From: Phyllobates terribilis
Taxonomy: Eukaryota
DNA length: 64,000 bases
Reading direction: 5' to 3'
Assembly: GCF_046119375.1 (NCBI RefSeq)
Contig: NW_027362771.1
Location: forward strand, 261,206,001 to 261,270,000
The notes beneath the pieces are model-generated. The model saw only the letters and a list, made by a program, of their open reading frames with translations, was not told the origin of the DNA and did not search any database. Below are positions 49,964-60,063 of the stretch, piece by piece (the stretch's first letter is position 1; each line of letters starts with the position of its first letter). A program made the translations under genes and the position numbers.

Positions 49964-52028
49964 AAAGGACATGTTGGAGAGTTACACTTGTTGGCCAAGT
50001 TGCCGGAGTGGAGACCCAGGGCATGCTGCAACAAGCTGAATTATTTTAGAAGTAAAATGCCTTTCTAATGGAATGAGTATAAAGAGTTAATAAAGCTGTG
50101 ACCGATCCTCACCCATCCAGTTGTAAGAGTTACATTATTGTATTGTCAAGGAAAGGGGGGCGCTAGGGGGGCTGAGCGTCTGGGTTTGGTTGGGGGTCCC
50201 CACAGTCTGCCTAGGCTAGATGCATTTAAAAATTCTTATTAGATGCACAGGCGGTGCAGCTTGCTTCGCAGCTGGGCTGCCACGCCCAAAGTATTGCCTA
50301 GGCTAGATGCAGTTAAAAATTCTACGCTGACTAGCAGACACGGAAGATTTGGAGCAGACCTCTGAGTAAACAGCTCTTCAGACTCAACCATCTGTGTTAC
50401 CCCAAGCCATAGTGTATGTAGTTTCTTACAGTTAAAAGGGGGGGGGAGCGACCCAACCCACCTGTAATTGACGATGCCAACGTCACGTAAGACACAGCAA
50501 GGGGACTCCAAAAAGAGTCTCCATTTTTTCCCAAAATTGTGGCACAGACACCACTTAACCCTAGAACGCATACCTGGGGCCTCGCAGTCCCGCCCTGTTA
50601 ATTGTTTTCTATTTTCTGCAAGATTACTTTAGTTAGAATTTTGAAAATCTAGGTATTCTTCATGTATATAGTTGTTTGTCATTTGAGTTTGAGTTATTCC
50701 ATGTTATTTGCACACGGGCCTAAAAGGCCCCAGGTATATGAAAGTGTAGATTTTTATGGTCATGTGTTCTAGAGTTAAGTGGCATCAATTGCCTGACAGT
50801 TGCTTAAAACGGTTGGTGAGGTGATATTACCAAATCCTCAAGCTTTTAGTCTCCCAAGGATAACACAGGGTTAGAAAAGTCCTTGCGAATCCATGATTTG
50901 TTCATCTTTATGAACGTGAGTCTGTCTACATACTCAGTGGACAGCCGCATGCGCTTATCTGTCAGCACACCATCAGCAGCGCTGAACACACGTTCAGAGA
51001 GAACACTGGCTGCAGGGCATGACAAGATCTCCAAGGCGTGAGTGGCGAGCTCCGGCCATTTTTCCAGATTGGAATACCAAAATGAGCAAGGGACCAGTGA
51101 CACAGTCATGGCTTCGATGTTCACTTGGAGACACTCCTGCACCATCCTCTCTAGGCATTGACTATGTGTCAGACTTCTTGTCTCCTGTGGCCTTGCAAAG
51201 GATGGTCTAAAAAAGTGGTGAAACGATTCCACAAAATTGCTGTTACCAGCAGATACTGTGTTACTGTTACGGTTTGAGTGATGAAGACTCGACAGTCCCA
51301 CGGTTGGCAAGTTAGAACTGTGAGATTCACTTCGTGCACCACTGGTGTTTTGTGGAAAAGCACATGTAAGATTCTGCAACAGCGTCTGCAGATACTCCTG
51401 CATGCGTCAATCCCTTTTTATGGCAGGAATTATTTTGGCAAATTTACTTTTGTATCGGGGATCTAAGAGTGTGGCAACCCAGTAGTCGGGATTACTTCGA
51501 ATTCTGCAATCTGAGGGTCGGTCATGTTGCAGGTAGTGCAGCAAGAAGGCACTCATGTGTCTTGCGCATCCAGGAGGACCAAGTCCTTGTTGTGTTGGTA
51601 GCGAGGTAAGAATCATGCTTCCTTCCTCTGCCCTCTCCCCCCAACCTCGCACAACAGAAATGTGATCAAGGTCTCCCTCATCTGATGAGTCTTCCATGCC
51701 CATCGCCAGTTCATCCTCCACTTCTTCCTCGGCTCCTGCACCTTCCTCAACAGTTTGGCTGCTACCATGCGCCCTGGTTAATCGCTCTCCCCCACCCTCC
51801 CATGCCTGCCGCCTTGGTGCTGCCAACCGTCTGGACCTTGGAGATGTTATCCCTTCCGCATACGACTCCTCCTCTACTTCCTCCACCTCCTCTTGTCCCA
51901 CCACCTGACTCTGAATTCTGTTTAATGTGTGCTCCAGCATGTAAATCACAGGAATAGTCATGCTGATAATGGCATCGTCGTCAGCACTAAACATCTTCGT
52001 CGCCATTTCAAAACTGTGCAGAAGGGGG

Positions 52029-53212
52029 TGTGGCGCCCCTGAGGGTTCAGTCTCCACAGAGGTACTGCATCTCACCCAGAGGTGTGGTATCTCACCCTCT
52101 GGTAAGGAAGGCGTATGGCTCGGGACCCTAACACCTGCATCCAACACATACCCGCAGTGGGGGTAGGGCGAGATTGCTCCTAAGGGAGAGCACAGTCCCA
52201 GGTCCCTAGCTGGTGGGAGGGTCCTATGTAGTGGGTGCTTAGGGGAGCAGCTTAGGGGAGCACATGACAGGGAGAGTATAAATAGGAAGCCATCTTAGAA
52301 AGAGCAAGCCAGTCAGAGGAGGAAAAGTGACAGGAGCAGAGGCTCGGCATGAGCTCTGCTCCGTAGGCGGGCCTAGCCTGGGAGGCCCAGGACTGAAGGA
52401 GAGAAGAGACGAGTGGGAGCAGGAAGGCTCCAGGAACCGAAGGGACCCTAGGGCTACGGGCCGTGCAGAAGGCCACCCGTACTCCCGCTGCTACCAGGAG
52501 GTAGAGGGGTCAGGCCAGATAAGGGGAACCGGTCCCTCAACTAGAGGAGAAACAGCAAGGCTCAACTAGAAACCGGAGGCTGCAGCATTTCATGTACTGC
52601 AGGCAAAAGTCCACACCAGTCTCACTAAGAAGGTAGCCACATAGGACCCAGGGGACGGAACACAAGTCGCCCGCCAAGGCCCGAAGATACCGGATAGAAG
52701 TGTCACTGGGTGTGAGGTGCAGGGAGAAGGCCAGAGAAAGGACACACAGAAGCGGGTCCTGCTAAGTACTCCGGAGCTATCTGGGGGTGGACTGAGCCCC
52801 TCACTGAGTACGCACAGCACGACGGGTGAGATTGCTCTGGTACCTGTAATCTGGACTGCAACAACTGTGAGTAAAGATCTTGGGACTGCATCACACGGAC
52901 TCTGTGTTCATTACTGACTCCCTGCACTGCAACCACCATCATCCACCCACACTGCCCTGAAGCTACACTCTTCCTGTGGTGAGTAATAATACCATTGCTG
53001 CAAAACCACCAGCTTCAGAGGACTGTTCCGCAGCAGCGGTCCCTTTGGCCGCACTCCACAGGTGGCATAGTCGGACATTATAAAATCCATATATACAAAT
53101 TACCGTTGGATTGACCGCCCTGGGTCACGGACCGGGTCACCGCCACAGTGACTACAACCCCCAGCGTCTACCGGCACGGCTCAGGGTACCCCGCGGCCCA
53201 GGGGGCGCGTCA
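52029..53212 (+). mobile_element. LTR-like element 1 (1184 bp; probable Gypsy-type solo LTR) inserted in the hAT transposase
   Basis: Termini TGTGGCGCCCCTG ... CAGGGGGCGCGTCA (imperfect inverted). TATAAATA at 52277 and AGTAAA at ~52868. Transposase sequence resumes on both sides. No TSD recognised. Confidence 0.75.
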
Positions 53213-54957
53213 ACTTCATAGGTCCCTGATCTGAGACCTCTCCTGCAGCGTGATTTGCCCCACCTCTGGATCTCGTTGGCCCAGGCTATACGTCAGAACG
53301 TATTGCACCAGGGCTTGTCGGTGCTGCCACAGTCGCTGCAACATGTGCAGAGTTGAATTCCACCGTGTCGGCACATCGCATTTCAGCCGGTGAACTGGCA
53401 GGCCCAACGACTTCTGTAGAGATGTAAGTCGTTGAGCTGCGGGATGCGAATGGCGGAAGTGAGCACACAGCGACCGTGCCCTCTGCAGAAGGCCATCTAG
53501 TCGGGGATAGTGGGCTAAAAATTTATGGACAACCAGGTTCAACACGTGAGCCATACAAGGCACGTGTGTGACATTGCACCGGCGAAGAGCCGCACCCAGG
53601 TTTGCAGCATTGTCGCACACGGCCTTCCCTGGTTGCAGGTCCAGTGGAGACAACCATTCATGAAACTGGGTCTCCAGAGCTGACCACAATGCCTCAGCTG
53701 TGTGACTCACATTTCCCAGACATTTCAAAGTAAACACTGATGCCGTTGAGCCCTGCTGCCAGCATAGTAAGGAGGTGTGCAGGATTCCTTCTGCGCAGTT
53801 AGAAAGCAGGTGGCATTACAAGACAGGCTTTGGGTGCAGGTGGAGGACCGAGAGGAGGTTGAGGAGGCTGAAGCAGTGGAGGAACTTCGAGATAAAGAGG
53901 ATTGACGCAAGACTCGTGGGGACGGTAAGACTTGGACAGCAGCCCCTTGTCCTGCTGTCACCATAGTTACCCAGTGCCCAGTCAGCGACATGTAACGCCC
54001 CTGTCCATGCCTACTCGTCCAAGTGTCTGTAGTGAAATGCACCCTGTCACACACAGAGTTTCTCAAAGAAGCGGTGATGTTGTGTGCGACATGCTGGTGG
54101 AGCGCAGGCACACCTTTCTTTGAGAAGTAGTGCCGACTGGGCATCTGGTACTGGGGCACTGCGACGGACATAAGGTCTCGAAAATCCACTGTGTCCTCCA
54201 GGCGGAAAGGCAGCATTTCTGTAGCCAACAGCTTGCAGATGGTGAAATTCAACCTCTTAGCTTTCTCATGGTTAGGAGGAAATGGTCTTTTACTTTTCCA
54301 CATCTGAGGGACTGGGGGCTGGCTGTTGTGCTTTGACGGGGTTGAGTAGGGTGTCCCTGGCAAACTGCCGGTCTGTGAGGAAGATGCAGGCGGACATGTT
54401 AGGTTGCCTTGATCCAAAGGTGGTGCTCTCGATGTCAGAGAGCGCTCAACACCAGCAGGTGTTTCCACTTCCCAATGAACTGACGACCTGCCAATCACAC
54501 TGGCTGTTGCAGGTAAAGAGGTGGCAGGTCTGCATCCAAAAACATGTGTGACTGCTGTCCCCCCAGTCACAGAGGATGAAGAGGCCGCGGATGCACAAGA
54601 TGGGGCAGACGGTGGTTGGCCCAGCCTGCTAGGCCGCATTGTAGCACAGTGAACTTCCCACTGCAACTTATGCTTCATATCCATGTGATGGTACATGCAT
54701 GAAGTACTCAAACTATGAATTTTTTGGCCTCTACTTAGCTTTTGGTGACAAATATTACAGATAACACGAGTTGGGTCATCCTTATCGATCTGAATAAATG
54801 CCCAGGCTATGCAAGGCTTAGAGCCCATGCGACCTGAAGAGCCACTACGACTTGTGGTCAGAGGCAGAGTTGTGGTTGAGGATGCAGTTGTTGACGTGCT
54901 TCCAGTACTCCGTCTCTGTCCAGGAAGGCGCAACCTAACCTCGTCGTCAATAGCATC

Positions 54958-56074
54958 TGTGACACCCCGCTGCGCTTGGTATCACAGATCCTAGAAGAGT
55001 GTATTGATGGAATCCTCCACAAGAGGCCCCCATAAACATTCACACATCTCCACCTTCCACCTCAGACCAGCAGAGGGAGCCCGTTAGGGATATAAATAGG
55101 GAAGGTGGAGCTAGGCAGTTCAGTTCCTCTGAAGAGTTCCTGCAGTAGAGAAGCCTAAGAGAGGTCAGTCTGCAGTGGAGCTCAGTCTAGTCTAGAGAAC
55201 TCAGTTAATAGTTCAGCAGTGGAGCACGAGGCTCCTGCTAGCTAGATTCAGGGAGCCCAGATAGAGCTTAAGGTGTGCCGGCGCCATAAGATCGGTGAAG
55301 CGCGGCAAGCTGCCGTTAGTGTGTATAGCCTAGTGAGGGCCCGAGTAGGCCGAAGGCGAGTGGCGAGTTAGTACATAAGGTGCAGAGAAGCTTAACCAGC
55401 TCACCCCGAAGCATTTACAGGACACCGGATCCGAGCTTACCGGGATCTCTATGACCCAGTAAGGCATAACTGGAATCCCTGGAGAACTACAATTCCCAGG
55501 ATCGCTGAGGTGCTAATACGTAACAGAGCCAGGAGACGCTTAGGCCCCTCATACTGGGAGCGTGAACTCCAAGAGAAGGCCCTACCACAAGGTCAGCCAG
55601 CGCAGGACAGAGACAAAGTTAGGCCTAGCTCCAGGCAGGTCAGAAACTTACTACGCAGAAGCAAGAAACAGGAGGCCCTACACCCACTCATTGGGGAGGA
55701 TCCTGATATGCACCCTTCACCCTACAGTGCTCCAGGATGTGCCTGAATTTCCTCCAGTAAAAGGTACTGAAGTGACTACCGTGTCCGTTCCCATTCTTGC
55801 TCTGACCCAGCTGGGTCTCGCCTGTCCTGCATTCCCCCTGCATACGCTGCCCTGAGACCTAGCTCCACCTGTGGGGAGCTATACCATCGAGCTGCCTTAT
55901 CACGGGCCTCAGTGGACTGCTGCAGCGCTGGTGCTTCTCACCAGATACCACAGGTGGCGTCACGAACTCTTATAAAATTAACAATTATCCACCCTTTTAA
56001 AGAGTGACCCCAGGGTACGGGCCAGGGAGCCGACCACCCAGACATCCCCAAGGCCAGGCAAAGGCCCGGGTGAC
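54958..56074 (+). mobile_element. LTR-like element 2 (~1117 bp) inserted in the hAT transposase
   Basis: Termini TGTGACACCCC ... CCCGGGTGAC. TATAAATA at 55091 and AGTAAA at ~55756. Same overall layout as element 1. No TSD recognised. Confidence 0.72.
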
Positions 56075-56736
56075 CTCATTGACTGGCTGACTGTGGGGTG
56101 ACAGTAAGTTGGATCTCCAACCTTGTCATCATCACCCTGTGTGTTATCACACCCTTCGTCCTTAAAGCCAACCTCTTCCTGCCCTGACCGAAAAGTCAAG
56201 TTGTCGCTCCAATCAGGTATTAGAGTCTCATCATCGTCTTCATCATTGTCTCCACCAACAGGAGTTACAGTTTGGGAACGAGGGTCTACATTATGCTCAG
56301 AACCTTCTTCATCTGGTCCTGGATCCGACTTATAAAGATTCTGGGCATCAGTGCAGATCATTTCCTCATCTGGATTAACAGAAGCTCTGGAGCAGACCTC
56401 CGTTTCCCAGGCTATAGTATGAGTAAACAGCTCTGCAGACTCAACCATCTGTGTTACCCCATACTCAGACGGGCAGCTGGAGACTTGGGAGCTGTGAGGA
56501 AGCAAGTGCGATAGGGGTGACACCTCTGAGGACTGGAGTATTTGTGATGTTGAAATTGAGGTGGAGGAGAGCCCACTTGAAGGAGCACTTGATATCCGCT
56601 GAAGCACCTGCTGTTTTTGTGCCTCATCTGGAATTTGTAGCGATGGGTGTGTCCGTAACAAAGGGATCGTATCACATTGTCCACGAAAAGAAGTCGACAT
56701 GTTAGTTTGGCGGGAAGATGGTCTTTCTTCTGCAGA

Positions 56737-56923
56737 TGTTACCCCCCCCCCACCGCGGGGGGGCTCGACCCACCAGCGGACAGGCACCAGTATTGGGAGA
56801 GGGGGGCTGGCTGTCAGGGTCCACCGCGGCTCTGGCACAAACCCGGCGACACGGAGGTGGCACGGGCAGGAACGGACTGGCCGTGTCGGCTTCTCACTTT
56901 TTGGATTTTAGAAGGGCATGACA
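56737..56923. mobile_element. Short TG..CA insertion (187 bp) at the transposase start codon
   Basis: TGTTACCCCCC ... GGGCATGACA. Removing it (keeping the terminal CA) restores ATG TCT GCA GAA GAA AGA on the minus strand. Confidence 0.55.
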
Positions 56924-57499
56924 TGCCTATATCTGTGTCTCCCCCTCCTTTTACTCCTCCACCTCTTTTATTTTCGCATGACTATATGTACTTGTCACTT
57001 TTCCATGTGTTAGTTATGTCTTCTGAGCAGTTTGTCAGCTTTTGGACACCTTTGAAGGTGTATCTATGTGTTTCTATGTGTTTTTGTTTGCCTGCCATTG
57101 GTTTTAACGGTGTTCGAAGGTGTTCGACGAACAGTTCGACGAACAGTTCGGCGAACACAAGGGTGTTCGACGAACCGAACTCGAACACTACGGGGGTGGC
57201 TCAACACTACTCTTGATCTCAATGAGGTGTCTGAACTAATTGTATATAGTGGTATATAGTGGTGCTTAAAAGTTTGTGAACCCTAGAAGAATTCTCCAAA
57301 TTTCTGCATAAGTTTGAATTAAAACTACCATCTATAACCTTCCATATGCTGATGACATTGAACATGTCCTATTCTGATCCTCAAAATCAGATCAGAACAG
57401 GACATTTTTTGACCCTCATGGATCTCATTCTCAGATCTGTGATTTTCACGGATGTGTGAATGGAACCAAAAAACTCTCCGAGTCCGTGTGCCGTCCAAT

Positions 57500-59150
57500 A
57501 AAAATTCTGGCATCATATAGACATATCAGCTGATATATGTAATCAAGCCACGGCAGTCTGTGTCAGGGAGCAAGTGCCGGGCAGAAAGCAGAGGATGGAT
57601 CCCCTCAGCTCTGCTGCCATTTTCTCCTGTAGGCAGCAGAGCTGCTGGGATCGTTCCCAGCCCGCCGCACATGATGAGGGCTTCAGGCTCCAAGAAGCAG
57701 GCCAGATTGCCCAAAGTATTAGCCATCCTGCAAGGGCCCCCCTGCACCTCCGGGCCCCGGTGCAGCTGCACCAGTGGTATGTCTGCACCTGTCTTAGTGA
57801 CTGAGCCAATTTTGAACTTAATGACTAAGCAAAATTTTACAATTCTGACCAGTGTCATTTTATGAGATAATAACTTTGGAACGCTTCAACAGATCCCACT
57901 GATTCTGAGATTGTTTTTTCATGACGTATTATTCTTCATGATAGTGGCAAAATTTCTGCAATATGACTTGCATTTATTTGTGAAAAAATTGGTAAATTTG
58001 GTAAAAAATTAAAACATTTTGCAATTTTCAAACTTTGAATTCTTATGCCCTTAAATCAAAGAGTTATGTTGCACAAAATAGTTAATAAATAACATTTTCC
58101 TCATGTCTACTTTACGTCAGCACAATTTTTGAAAAAAAAATTTTTGTTAGGAAATTATAAGGGTTAAAATTTGAACAGCAATTTCTCATTTTTCCAGCAA
58201 AATTTACAAAACCATCATATTTGAAGTGACTTTAAGGGGTCAATATGACAGAAAATACCCCAAAGTGACACCATTCTAAAAACTGCACCCCTCAAAGTGC
58301 TGCAATCAACATTCTAGAAGTTTATTAACCCTTCACATGCTTCACAGGAACTGAAGCAACGTGGAAGGAAAAAATTAACATTTAACTTCTTTTCACAAAA
58401 ATTTTACTTCAGACCCAATTTTTTTTATTTTCGCAACGGTAACCAGAGAAAATGGACCACAAAATGTGTTGTTCAATTTCTCCTGAGGATGTCAATATGT
58501 GGGGAAAAACACTGTTTGGGCACACGGCACGGCTTGGAAGGGAAGGAGCACCTTTTGACTTTTTTGAGCGCAAAATTAGCAAGAATCGAGAGCAGACACC
58601 ATGTCGGGTTTGTAGAGGCCCTGATGTGCCTAAACAGTGAAAAAAAAACACAAGTGACCCCATTTTGGAAACTACACCCCTCAATAATTTTATCCAGGGG
58701 AATATTAAGCATTTTGAATTCACAGGAACGACACAGAATTTGATAACATTAGGTTATCATATTGAAAAAGTTAATTATTTTTCATAAAAATGTTGCTTTG
58801 GCCCCAAATTTCTCACTTTTGCAAGAGGTAACTCAGAAAGTAGACCACACAGTTTGATACCCATTTTCTTATGAGTGCAGCAATACCCCACAGGCAGTCA
58901 AAAAGTTCTGTTTGACAAATGGCAGAGTGGAAGGAGCAATATTTGAATTTTGGAACACGAATTTGACAGAAAGAGATGGCGGGCACCATGTCCAATTTGC
59001 AGGGCCCCTAAGGTGCCTAACAGCAGAAACCCCCCACAACTGACCACATTTTGAAAACTACACCCCTCAAGGATTTTATCCAGGAGTATAATGAGGATTT
59101 TGAACCTAAAGGTACTGCACATTTTATAACATTAGGTCGTCATATTAACT
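57500..59150 (+). mobile_element. Truncated copy of the piggyBac-like non-autonomous family
   Basis: 57830-58800 is collinear with 20570-21440 (AAAATTTTACAATTCTGACCAGTGTCA..., same internal units). Ends were not found. Confidence 0.75.
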
Positions 59151-59160
59151 ACAGTGTCAT

Positions 59161-59428
59161 TACTGTTGAGCGCAAGCGGTAGCTCCTCGAGTAGCGCCCG
59201 AGTAACATGCTCACATCTCTACCTTGCATGTTTCGCAGCTGTTAGATAGCCAAAAAAAACATGTGGGGATTGCCTATGTATGGCAGGCAATACCCGCATG
59301 TTTTTTTTTGGGTGTCTTAACAGCCACGAAACATGTGGGGCGGGGACTTGAGCATCTCACTTGAGAACCCGCGGTGCATTCCTGAGCACGATTCAAACTT
59401 GAGTAGCGAGCACTTGTGCTCAACACTA
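59161..59428. mobile_element. hAT-family MITE (268 bp)
   Basis: TACTGTTGAGCG ... GCTCAACACTA. Related to the MITE at 18613. TSD is not preserved. Confidence 0.7.
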
Positions 59429-59470
59429 GTTGCTAAAGCGTCATCATTTTTTTCACTTTTAAAGAAAACC

Positions 59471-59721
59471 CAATCCTAACCCCAACCCTAACTCCAACCC
59501 CGAGCCCAACCCTAATACAACCCTAACCCTACACCTAAGCCTAACACAACCCTAAGCCTAACACAACCCTAAGCCTAACACAACCCTAACCCCAATCCTA
59601 AACCTAACCCTATTACAACCCTAACACTACCCCTAACATAATCCTGACCTAACCCTACCCTAACACCACACTAAGCCTAACCCTAACACAACCCAAAGCA
59701 AATCCTAATCCATAACCTAAC
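59471..59721. repeat. Degenerate (CCCTAA)n telomere-like tract
   Basis: Many CCCTAA/CCTAAC variants, including three consecutive copies of CCTAACACAACCCTAA(G). Confidence 0.85.
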
Positions 59722-60063
59722 TGCAAAGAATAAAAAAATATATATTTTATAATTTTTATATGACTATGAGTATGACAAAGGGGGATTTGATTAACTAATT
59801 ATTGGCTTTTGATCACTGTGATATCACAGTGATCAAAAGGAACCAATAGAAAAAATTATCTGCTGTTGTCGATACCAGCCGGCAGATCTCGGCGGGCACA
59901 CTGTGCATGCGCCCGTCTTTCTTTTTTTTTTTTTTTTTTTTTTAGAAGATGATGCAGAGGGCTTGAGGACGGAGGAGGAAGGCCCAGGGGACAGATCAGG
60001 AGGGCCAGGGGATGGCGAAGGTACTGGGGGGCTCGGAGAGCATCATTTCTCCTTTGACATGTA

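Larger units (their letters stand above)
50846..56736 (-). pseudogene. hAT transposase (BED zinc finger, DDE core, hATC dimerisation domain), disrupted
   Basis: Pieces are an acidic N-terminus (56079-56736); BED finger WAFI..VICNIC..HH..KH and TTDTW (53740-54957); VCDNAAN, CMAH and PTRWNS (53216-53737); ATLLDPRYK (51407-52027); and WPELA..LSCPAASVLSERVFS (50846-51403). Broken by three insertions, a frameshift near 53740 and an in-frame TGA at 51407-51409. Confidence 0.93.
45254..57209 (-). mobile_element. Composite hAT DNA transposon, 11,956 bp
   Basis: TIRs TAGAGATGAGCG / GGCTCAACACTA. Perfect 8-bp TSD CTCTTGAT (45246-45253 and 57210-57217). Subterminal GTTCG(A/G)CGAAC repeats at both ends. 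Internal transposase gene on the minus strand. Confidence 0.95.

Noticed and set aside
51407-52147. Stand-alone 246-aa gene
   Set aside because: It is the middle of the hAT transposase. The first ~40 codons come from LTR-like element 1.
55978-56838. Stand-alone 286-aa gene
   Set aside because: It is the hAT transposase N-terminus, with its first and last residues contributed by the flanking insertions.
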